DNA of 64,000 bases, from NCBI GenBank assembly GCA_020353515.1, contig CP070695.1, forward strand, positions 2,969,231 through 3,033,230, given 5' to 3'. The position numbers were made by a program, and so were the translations under genes. Below, in pieces: positions 39,556 to 48,348 of this stretch. The notes under the pieces are model-generated. The model was not told the DNA's origin, ran no database searches, and worked only from the letters and a program-made list of their open reading frames with translations. How positions within the stretch are numbered: the stretch's first letter is position 1; each line of letters begins with the position of its first letter. The stretch comes from Candidatus Heimdallarchaeota archaeon. Its GTDB lineage: Archaea > Asgardarchaeota > Heimdallarchaeia > Hodarchaeales > Hodarchaeaceae.

Positions 39556-40917
39556 TTAAATTCGTACTCCAGAAACGAAAATAAGCCCTCTCTGTCCAAC
39601 ATCTCGTCCTTGATCATGGTCATCAGCGAAAGAACAAGTCACACTCCAACCTGCTGACTCGAAAAATGATGGTACAGTTTTTTTATCAAGGCCCCATTTA
39701 AAATATGGAGTAAACGGGCCAAATACGAGATCTGCAAGAGCAGGAACACAAATATCTACAAAAATCTCACTTGTTTCGGTACTCATCAACGCTGCTTTCT
39801 GGAGAAGTGAGACAACAACTTGTTTCTCCAGATAATACGCAAGTCCCTCTAGCACCCAAAAAGTAGGTGTCTTAGTTGAAAATCCGTTTTCTCTCAGAGA
39901 TGAATCCCATTTAGGACTAGAAAGATCCTCAGATACACGTACGAGATTACATAGAGGTTTTTCATCTTTGAGTATTGCTTCTTTGTATTCTATAACCGAA
40001 GACAAATCTATCTCAAAAATGGTATGTGAATTTATTTTTAAATTCTTCAATCTATAAGCTCGAGTATCTAAACCCGCACCTAGAAGAATAATTTGGGATA
40101 TTTTGTTATTCATGCACCAGGGATTTAGCAAAGTATTCTCGATGAAGTATGACCGTACAAGGGCATAATCACCCCTTTGAACCACGAATTTATGCTTATC
40201 AGCATACGCAGTCATATCACCTGCTAGACGCTCTGCGAAAGGGTCAATAATCAAGGGGGAAGCGGATTTATATTCTTGAAAGCGGTAATAAGCCATTAAA
40301 CGAGCAGTGAATGGCAATGCATCTTTCTCCTCATCACTCGTCATGTAGGTAGCTAAAATTTTCCCGTTTCCTATATTAGTTGTAGTATCAGCTAGATCAT
40401 CACTTTTTTCGTCGTCTTCCTCTAAAAAGATTGCAGGCTGTTCTAGAAAATTCAAGTCACTAAGTTCTTGTCTTACAATTTTAACTAGTGGAGGTATGGT
40501 GTAAGGCTTTCCAATAGTTTGAACTTTCATACTTTCTTCGTATAATAGTGTCTCAGAAAATTGGTACCCCTCTAAACCTTTTGCACAACAATACACAATT
40601 TGTAAGAATGCTTTGAGATACCCCACTAGGTGAGCTTCTTTTTCTTCAGATGATCTCGATTGGAGAGTTAGTGCAGCGTCAAGCGGATCTCTTAACAATC
40701 TAGAGGAGATTAATCCAGCCTCTAAAGGATCTCTCAATCCTTTTACTATAATTTTCTTCATTGAAGGTTTCAGATCCTTCACTAAGTCGAGATAAGCAGA
40801 GAATCCCACCTCAGGATTCTGAATGTAAAGCTCTACAATTCTCTCAACTTCAGGGAGGAGCCGCCTCGAGAGTTCAATAGCAAAAACTTGGATCTTGGGA
40901 TCCATTAGCATTACCAA
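39556..40917 (-). CDS. LCM-family SAM methyltransferase with about 190-aa N-terminal extension
   Basis: DPFAERLAG, QIILLGAGLDTRAYRL, FEID, EGLAYYL. Confidence 0.85.
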   Translation of the reverse strand: MVMLMDPKIQVFAIELSRRLLPEVERIVELYIQNPEVGFSAYLDLVKDLKPSMKKIIVKGLRDPLEAGLISSRLLRDPLDAALTLQSRSSEEKEAHLVGYLKAFLQIVYCCAKGLEGYQFSETLLYEESMKVQTIGKPYTIPPLVKIVRQELSDLNFLEQPAIFLEEDDEKSDDLADTTTNIGNGKILATYMTSDEEKDALPFTARLMAYYRFQEYKSASPLIIDPFAERLAGDMTAYADKHKFVVQRGDYALVRSYFIENTLLNPWCMNNKISQIILLGAGLDTRAYRLKNLKINSHTIFEIDLSSVIEYKEAILKDEKPLCNLVRVSEDLSSPKWDSSLRENGFSTKTPTFWVLEGLAYYLEKQVVVSLLQKAALMSTETSEIFVDICVPALADLVFGPFTPYFKWGLDKKTVPSFFESAGWSVTCSFADDHDQGRDVGQRGLIFVSGVRI

Positions 40918-41248
40918 GACATTCAGGAGAGATTTTGATGAATTTTAACTTTGATTATTTGACCTCGCTCTGTTCACCAAACTTCTTGGAGAAACAGATT
41001 TTCGTGTGATATTAAATGTTTCCTCCTTCTTTTCAAGAACAATCATTGATGCTTTACCTTTCTAAATATGTTAAACACAACTAAATTCTCTTTATTTGTG
41101 CCTCTAAAAATGGTTTTTTATATTCTGTAAGAGTTAAGTTAGTTAAATTGACTATTCAATGAGAAAATCCTTACTAATCTATTTTGTGAGTAAAAGGAAT
41201 TTCTAGAAGAAAGAATATCAGGATCATCAATAGCTGGAAGGATATACT

Positions 41249-44200
41249 TTGAAATATGCTTTTAAATATACCTTACAAGTCCTCAGTCGGCGTAAACGTA
41301 ATTTTTGCCTTACCGCCTTTGTAATTGCACTTGGGATATCTTTAGTTGTCCAGACACAGATTCTGGGAACAACAGTTGAAAGAAACTATAAAGAGATTCT
41401 TATCGAATCATTTGGAAACACTGACATACTCATTTTTTCCGTCAATGAGATTTATTTCTCTCAAAATGTTTCAGACATTTTGATACAGGAATTTAGTTCA
41501 GTCTTTGAAGGCATTCTCCCCCAGATTGCCTATCCAACGACTGCTTATTATCCAGAGAAAGGACAGTTTGAACAGGGAGTGAGAGTTGAGACGATTGGAT
41601 CAGAATTCGACGGAAGCTTTTGGGGATACATTTATTCAAACTCAACTGGAGAAAAACTAGATATTGCTTCATTACAAGAAGACGAGATCGTCATCTCTCC
41701 TGAGTTGGCTGATTCGTTAGATGCTAGAATTGGAGCCTCCATTACAATATCATTAAGAGACGAGAGGGGAAATCCCATTCTTCATAATGTTACAATCAAA
41801 AATATCTATAGTTATAGAGAATACGGAAGAACAGGGGATCCAAATGATTTTCGACGAATTTTGATGGGCGAACAAGCCGTTCAAACCCTCATTCCAAGCA
41901 GTATCGATCAGCCAATAACACAAATCTCAGTGGGAATAGAAGATCACCAAGAAAACTCTTTCCTTGGACGAGAACGGAGTGATGAGGCAAAAAGACAGAT
42001 TGAGACAATTTTAGATAAGAATTTTCAAGATAGTATGCTTATAACTGCTACCATAAGAGAGGATAATAGAGAAGGGCTGGAAGCGGGAATTTCCAGCTTG
42101 GCTGGTACATTTCAGATGTTTGGTGTTGTTGTAGTTATTGCAGGTTTATTATTGATCACCAACATTCAATTAATGAACATGGAAGAACGTGAGCAACAAA
42201 TCGGAATGCTTCGGGCAATTGGTGCTAAAAAACGAGATATTTTTGTATCGTATTCTATAGAAACTATACTAACAGGAATATTAGGAGGGATCTTCGGTCT
42301 AATCTTAGGAATAGTGGTTGGTATTTGGTTAAATGATCTAAGTAGGGGGATGCTTTCAGCAATGGGAAATCCTGAAGTAACAAGGTCTATCTTTGACTTA
42401 GTAATAGAGCCAAATGCGCTTTTATTGTCCTTTACTTGTGCAATTGGCCTTTCGTTTGTGACAGGAATGGTTCCTGCATTACGAGCGCAAGGAATCTCTA
42501 TAATTGATATCGTCCATGGGACAAAATCAAAAGACTTAATTTCCTCCTTTAATGGGAAAAAACCATTATGGCCTCTCGTTATTGGGGGAGTTATCTTAAT
42601 TTTCGGCCTTCTATCCCTAATTGACTTGATTCAACAAGGATACCCATTTTATGCACCAGAAGGCTTCCACAACATCGAGGAGGAAGCAGCTGCAAACTTC
42701 CAGGCTTTATTCTATGTTTGCTTGGGAATTCTTTTCGCTAGTTTCAGGTTAAGACGTTACAGACGGTTGGGTTTGACCGTTAGTGGCCTTCTGTTAATTG
42801 TTCTTACTGTATGGGGTTTTCATGTGGCTGTAGGATGGGCAGACGAAGGTGGCAATGCGAATAGTATTGCTATGAATGGATTATTAGCTGCAGTGATAGG
42901 GGCAACTACAATAGTAGGAGCTAATCTTGAAGCATTAACTGCAGGATTAAGAAAATTGTTTTCAATATTCAGTAAAACTAGAGCAACAGGACTTGTGGCT
43001 ACTCGTTATATCAACTCAAGAAAATCTCGTGCTGTTCTGACTTTCGCTACTTTTGCGGTTATTCTTTCGTTGAATTTCTTTGTGGGCTCATATGCCGCAA
43101 CCCAAGTAGGTGGTTCAAGTCACACATGGGAATATTATATGTCAGGAGTCTCGTTAGTTGTTGAATCTCAAACCCCATTTAATCTCTCCTCCCTTAACTA
43201 TCCTAATATTCTTCAGAATCAGTTTGAGGAAATAATACAGATATTTCCCTTGGGGGTAGGAGGAGTGCTTCCTTTTAGAGGCGCTAGTACTGATATATCT
43301 CCCGAGGAAGATATTTTCTACTCCAAACTTATAGCAATCGATTTTCCCAGTTACTCAACTGAGGATGGAGAAGTTTTGTATCCCTTCGTATTTAATAGCC
43401 TTCTTCCTCACTATACTCAAATGTCGATGATGGATCAATTAGAAAATCCAGATGAAGCACGAGAAGAAGCAAAATCATTTTGGAAAGCTTTCTTAGCAGG
43501 TCAAAGAATCCATCGAACAACACTTGAACCTGTGGATCCTGATGATCCGTTTGGATTACCAATGTTCATCAGTGAACGACTTTATTTTCTAGAAGTAGGG
43601 GAAATCATAAGTTTTCCGACAATGAATGGCAGCCTAGTCGAAATGATCTACGCTGGCAGATTGAGTTATTTCCCGTCCTGTAATCTCCGTATCAATGAAT
43701 TTGCCTCTGGAATTATCTTGAGCAGCGAAATCGCATCACAACTTAATATTATGAGTTATGGAATCAAGGAGTTTCTCATAGAAACCATACATGGGTATGA
43801 TTACGAAAAGAACGAGGAGCTTACTAGTAAAATCGAGGAATTTTCAAATAAAAAAGGGGAAGAATCTCTGTTGAGCTTGAGTGGAGGCACTTTCTATGGA
43901 ATTACTACTCATCATCTCTGGGATGTTGAGTACCATTTGAACGCTACAAATGCAAGCGCCCTCAATTTTCTGCAGATATTTATATCTACTGGGTTAATTA
44001 TCGGAGTCATTGGACTTCTCGTTGTATCCCATCGTTCTGTTAAGGAGAGGAAACGAGAGATCGGGATGTTAAGATCAGTCGGTTTTTCAAAGAAAGCGGT
44101 TTCATTAGCGATTCTCTTGGAATTATTGTTTTTAGGAGCCCTAGGCTTTATTACAGGGTTTTTAGTAGGAAATTATCTCGCATGGGTTTTTGCGGATCTG

Positions 44201-44344
44201 GTAAATTGGAAATTGATTATTCCTTGGGCTCAAGTAAGTACCTATGGTGTATTGATTATGGGGTCGGTCGTTTTAGCAGCACTAATCCCAGGTTGGTTGG
44301 CATCGCGGATTCCTCCAAGTGAGGCTTTACGTTATCATGGTTAG
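41249..44344 (+). CDS. FtsX/MacB-like ABC permease (double FtsX)
   Basis: Two ER.REIGMLR(A/S).G motifs, two large extracytoplasmic domains, ends EALRY. Confidence 0.9.
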   Translation: MKYAFKYTLQVLSRRKRNFCLTAFVIALGISLVVQTQILGTTVERNYKEILIESFGNTDILIFSVNEIYFSQNVSDILIQEFSSVFEGILPQIAYPTTAYYPEKGQFEQGVRVETIGSEFDGSFWGYIYSNSTGEKLDIASLQEDEIVISPELADSLDARIGASITISLRDERGNPILHNVTIKNIYSYREYGRTGDPNDFRRILMGEQAVQTLIPSSIDQPITQISVGIEDHQENSFLGRERSDEAKRQIETILDKNFQDSMLITATIREDNREGLEAGISSLAGTFQMFGVVVVIAGLLLITNIQLMNMEEREQQIGMLRAIGAKKRDIFVSYSIETILTGILGGIFGLILGIVVGIWLNDLSRGMLSAMGNPEVTRSIFDLVIEPNALLLSFTCAIGLSFVTGMVPALRAQGISIIDIVHGTKSKDLISSFNGKKPLWPLVIGGVILIFGLLSLIDLIQQGYPFYAPEGFHNIEEEAAANFQALFYVCLGILFASFRLRRYRRLGLTVSGLLLIVLTVWGFHVAVGWADEGGNANSIAMNGLLAAVIGATTIVGANLEALTAGLRKLFSIFSKTRATGLVATRYINSRKSRAVLTFATFAVILSLNFFVGSYAATQVGGSSHTWEYYMSGVSLVVESQTPFNLSSLNYPNILQNQFEEIIQIFPLGVGGVLPFRGASTDISPEEDIFYSKLIAIDFPSYSTEDGEVLYPFVFNSLLPHYTQMSMMDQLENPDEAREEAKSFWKAFLAGQRIHRTTLEPVDPDDPFGLPMFISERLYFLEVGEIISFPTMNGSLVEMIYAGRLSYFPSCNLRINEFASGIILSSEIASQLNIMSYGIKEFLIETIHGYDYEKNEELTSKIEEFSNKKGEESLLSLSGGTFYGITTHHLWDVEYHLNATNASALNFLQIFISTGLIIGVIGLLVVSHRSVKERKREIGMLRSVGFSKKAVSLAILLELLFLGALGFITGFLVGNYLAWVFADLVNWKLIIPWAQVSTYGVLIMGSVVLAALIPGWLASRIPPSEALRYHG

Positions 44345-44355
44345 GTGAAAAGGAA

Positions 44356-45042
44356 ATGAGAGAAAATATTTTAGTACTAAAAGATGTTCATAAGATCTAT
44401 GGGGAGGGTACACCCAATGAGGTTCATGCACTTAGAGGTGTTAACCTTCAAATCAGTAAAGGGGAGATGGTGGCTGTTATGGGACCTTCTGGGTGTGGAA
44501 AAACAACGATGCTTAATATATGTGGAGGTCTTGACTCTCCAACTTCTGGTACAATTCAAATTAATGGAGTTGATATTTCTACTTACTCAGATGGGCAAAT
44601 GACCACATTTCGTCGGGATAATATTGGATATGTATTTCAGCTCTTCAATCTATTCGATTATATGAGCGCTTTAGAAAATGTCATGGTCCCGTTATTAGCT
44701 CAAGGTTTTAGTTATCCAGAAGCAACACGGAGAGCCACCATGATTCTTCGTGAAGTAGGGTTAGGAGACAGAATTTATCATTCTCCTCCAGAACTCTCAG
44801 GAGGACAACAACAACGTGTAGCTATATCTCGTGCATTAGTGACTCAGCCTGCGATTATATTAGGGGATGAACCAACGGGAGATCTTGATTCAGTGACATC
44901 TGAAGACTTAATGGATATGTTTAAGCGAATAAATACCGATAACAGACAAACACTCATCATTGTAACTCATTCGGAATGGATTGGAGAACAATGTGAACGA
45001 ATTATCCGACTTCGTGATGGAGAAGTTGTGGAGGACTGTTGA
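44356..45042 (+). CDS. ABC ATP-binding protein (LolD/MacB type)
   Basis: GPSGCGKT, LSGGQQQR, DEPTGDLD. Confidence 0.95.
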   Translation: MRENILVLKDVHKIYGEGTPNEVHALRGVNLQISKGEMVAVMGPSGCGKTTMLNICGGLDSPTSGTIQINGVDISTYSDGQMTTFRRDNIGYVFQLFNLFDYMSALENVMVPLLAQGFSYPEATRRATMILREVGLGDRIYHSPPELSGGQQQRVAISRALVTQPAIILGDEPTGDLDSVTSEDLMDMFKRINTDNRQTLIIVTHSEWIGEQCERIIRLRDGEVVEDC

Positions 45043-46862
45043 TGAGGACTTCTAATGAAGAATTATTGGTTGGATTTTTAATTAATAAATTGGACCGATT
45101 TGAAAATAAGAAACTGCAGAATGAGTTGCATAAGGTTTTGAAAAAAGGACTGCAAAACAGAAAATCGAAACTTTCAGTTGGAGAATTTAATACTTTTTTA
45201 CTCGCAAACAGTCATTATACAAATACTAATTTTCTTGAACCAGAGGCGAGATCTCTTGTTGAGGAACCCATTCATTCCTTATATCGTAATTATATTAAAA
45301 AAACAGCTAAGCTTTTACGTGCTCGAATGAAGTGGAACCGTTCAGAGTTAGAATCCAATAGTATCTTGGCGAAATTTTTGGAATCAACACCGAAGTGCCC
45401 TCCAAACCCCAATAATCTAATCTCTCAAGAAAATCAAAAAATGGAAACCTTTCTTGAACAAACAATTAATTATATAGTTGAACGTTCGTGGATCCTATTC
45501 TGGGCTTTCAAGCACACGGGTGAAGATCGAATTGTAATTCATGATGGAACATTTCATCGAGAATATGGAGTGGGAAAGACATCCTCGGCTCTTAATGCTT
45601 TTGATGAGTTATTAATCCTCAATTTTGCCTATTACTTCTTAAAATCTCTAAAACAATTATTAGATGATATTACAATCCGAGTGAATAATGTTAAAGATTC
45701 ATTTGAAGGATCAGAAGTCATTCCAGTCTTAAATCCCAATTTAGCAACAGAAGCTTTTGGGGTACTTATAGGAGATTTAGTAGGTGGTATTGATGCTCTT
45801 AGAACCATCATTAGGCAGATCACTAGAATTGAAGAGATTCAATCCTCAGCCTACGAAGAAATTGAATTATTGAATGGATTTGGGAATGAAATTAGAGCAC
45901 GAGTGAATAATGGAAAGAATCTTTCCGAATTGAAAAGGAAGTTCAAAACCAATATTGATACTTTACGAGACCTTCAGAACTCAATACGAGAATTACAAAA
46001 AGGAGCTCAACAAGGAGAGATTATTGTTAATCTTGAAAAATTTCATTCAGCGATAATAGAACTACCAATTCAATTGAGAGAAGTAAAAATCTGGGCTGAT
46101 CGGTTCATGGATATAGCTTTTCTATCTCCAGAATCAGGAGGAGTGGCTCTAGAATCAACCAAGGATGATGTTATCCATGAACATGAAGAGGGAACCGTTG
46201 TAGAGGCATTTGGGATTCATAAAACATATTCACCATCACAGAGCACAGTGTATGCTCTTCGCGGAGCTAATCTCAAAGTTCAGCAAGGAGAATTTGTTGC
46301 AGTCTTAGGTCCATCAGGAGCAGGAAAAACAACATTAATTAACATCATGGCTGGACTTGATGTTCCTGATCGTGGACGTGTGTTTATTAATGGAAAAAAT
46401 ATTGCGGAAATGAGTGATAACGAACTTTCAGAATTTAGACGGAATAACATCGGGTTCATATTCCAACAATACTTACTGGATCCCCGATTAAATGTTCAAG
46501 AAAATGTTACTTTGCCAGCATTAATGGCTAGTAAAACCAAAAATTTAGATACTCGTGTCCATGAATTATTAGTGAGTCTTGGGCTAGTTGAATATGCCCA
46601 TCAAGATCCAATGAAGTTATCTGGAGGCCAAATGCAACGGGTAATTATTGCACGAGCATGCATTAATTCCCCCTTGGTGGTATTTGCAGATGAACCAACC
46701 GGAGATCTAGACAGTGAAACTGGAAAGCAAGTTTTAACGACATTTCGACAGCTTTGTGATGAGAAAGGAATCACTTTCATTGTGGTCACACATGATCAAG
46801 AAATGGCAGCCTTTGCAGATAGAATTGTACGGATGAAGGATGGAGTGATCATCGAGGACTGA
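45039..46862 (+). CDS. ABC ATP-binding protein with about 375-aa helical N-terminal extension
   Basis: C-terminal GPSGAGKT, LSGGQMQR, DEPTGDLD; unrecognised helical N-terminal region. Confidence 0.88.
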   Translation: MMRTSNEELLVGFLINKLDRFENKKLQNELHKVLKKGLQNRKSKLSVGEFNTFLLANSHYTNTNFLEPEARSLVEEPIHSLYRNYIKKTAKLLRARMKWNRSELESNSILAKFLESTPKCPPNPNNLISQENQKMETFLEQTINYIVERSWILFWAFKHTGEDRIVIHDGTFHREYGVGKTSSALNAFDELLILNFAYYFLKSLKQLLDDITIRVNNVKDSFEGSEVIPVLNPNLATEAFGVLIGDLVGGIDALRTIIRQITRIEEIQSSAYEEIELLNGFGNEIRARVNNGKNLSELKRKFKTNIDTLRDLQNSIRELQKGAQQGEIIVNLEKFHSAIIELPIQLREVKIWADRFMDIAFLSPESGGVALESTKDDVIHEHEEGTVVEAFGIHKTYSPSQSTVYALRGANLKVQQGEFVAVLGPSGAGKTTLINIMAGLDVPDRGRVFINGKNIAEMSDNELSEFRRNNIGFIFQQYLLDPRLNVQENVTLPALMASKTKNLDTRVHELLVSLGLVEYAHQDPMKLSGGQMQRVIIARACINSPLVVFADEPTGDLDSETGKQVLTTFRQLCDEKGITFIVVTHDQEMAAFADRIVRMKDGVIIED

Positions 46863-46881
46863 CTGATACTACTCAATTCTA

Positions 46882-47883
46882 TTAATTTCGTTTTACTATC
46901 AATTCAACTATATCAGAATCCATTAGTTCATGTTCAAGGCCCACATGTTGACCCGAAAACTCAACTGAAGACCCCCAAACTCTTGCATAACGAAAATTCG
47001 CCAGAAAGTCGTTATGAATCTTCCCAGCTAACTCACTGATAGTAGTACCGATTGGACAAACAAAAGGTTGCTTAGCTGGTTTACGTTTTGGTGGTTTTGT
47101 ATAAATTCTAATGACTTCAATAATACTGAAGAGATATTCTTTCAACTTTACGAGCGAATCCTCATTTTCTATGGAAATAGGATGAATTGGTAACTTAGTT
47201 TTTGTTTTCAGTAATTGATAGTTTTTTCTAGAATTGGGCAAATCTCCTTTGGTAGCTATAATACCGAATTTATACATTGACTCTTTATTCACAACTATTT
47301 TTGCTTGTTCTAATTGCTCCATCAGAAAGTTGTATTGACGCTTAATATCAAAAGAAAGATCGACAACCAATAAAATTGCATCACATGTCCTTGCAACTCG
47401 TACAATCTGTTTACTAATTGCCCAATCCTCTTTAAAATCAAGAAATCCAGGTAAATCAATGATCTGAATTCTGAGATCTTTGTACTCACATGTTCCTGCA
47501 AGAGCCCTCCTAGTAGTATGCAAATAAGCTCCAACTTTCACATCTGTGTTGGTAATGGTATTCATTAAGGTGCTCTTGCCAACATTCGATAAACCAAAAA
47601 GGACCACCCTTCCATCTCCAGACCTAGGGATCAGGAAAGGATCATACTGTCTACTTTTCTGTTTAGGTTTTTCATGGGTTTCAGCAATTATTCTCTCTAA
47701 ATCCCGAACAAAAAGATTAAATGACCCAATTTTCTGGTCTAGTTTCTTTTTTCTAATATCTTCTATAGTGGCTTCTAATTCTTGGACTAATTCGTCTCCT
47801 TCAAGAATTCTTATCCTTTTGGCAACTTTAAATCGATACCATTTGAATTTTCTATCATTTTTATTCATATCTCTCAACTTCAT
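46882..47883 (-). CDS. DRG/OBG-family GTPase with TGS domain
   Basis: G1 GLSNVGKS, G2 YLHTT, G3 DLPG, G4 TKGD; TGS YARVWG..GQHVG..DIVE. Confidence 0.88.
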   Translation of the reverse strand: MKLRDMNKNDRKFKWYRFKVAKRIRILEGDELVQELEATIEDIRKKKLDQKIGSFNLFVRDLERIIAETHEKPKQKSRQYDPFLIPRSGDGRVVLFGLSNVGKSTLMNTITNTDVKVGAYLHTTRRALAGTCEYKDLRIQIIDLPGFLDFKEDWAISKQIVRVARTCDAILLVVDLSFDIKRQYNFLMEQLEQAKIVVNKESMYKFGIIATKGDLPNSRKNYQLLKTKTKLPIHPISIENEDSLVKLKEYLFSIIEVIRIYTKPPKRKPAKQPFVCPIGTTISELAGKIHNDFLANFRYARVWGSSVEFSGQHVGLEHELMDSDIVELIVKRN

Positions 47884-48043
47884 TTATGATTGAAATAAGT
47901 AATAAATATCTTTAGATGGACTTCAGAAGTGATAAGAACCAAAAGATTACAAAAAGGAGAAACTGAGAAAATGTGTTGAGGGATTATTTCCATTTTTTAG
48001 AAAAAAAATCGGTACTACCCACTCTACTATTCAGTTAATCCCG

Positions 48044-48191
48044 ATGCTGTACAGGGTGTAAAAGCATGTAATCACACTAATGATTACCACTTCTAAAGAA
48101 AGAGATAACAGCAAATAGATCTAACGAAAGTTAGAGCGCGAGCCGAGCTCGCGGCGTCCTACATAAGACGAATGGATAGTAACATTGTCTA
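48044..48191. ncRNA. Candidate structured RNA (six consecutive hairpins)
   Basis: Stems incl. GTAATCA/TGATTAC, TCTAAC-GAAA-GTTAGA and CGCGAGC/GCTCGCG within an ORF-free 465-bp gap. Confidence 0.4.
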
Positions 48192-48348
48192 CAAGATTTA
48201 AGAATAAGTTCCAATTTATAAAATACTCCTTTGTGGTAACAAACCTTTATGATGGTACTGGATACATCTATACAAATTAGGGCATCAAAATACTGGTTTT
48301 TCTAGTTATATTCGTATTAGTCACTTTAATAGAAAAAGTAATGAATAT

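Noticed and set aside
48119-48136. Integron attC site (ATCTAAC...GTTAGAG)
   Set aside because: Only 4 nt between the boxes, no repeated sites, and no integrase or cassette array.
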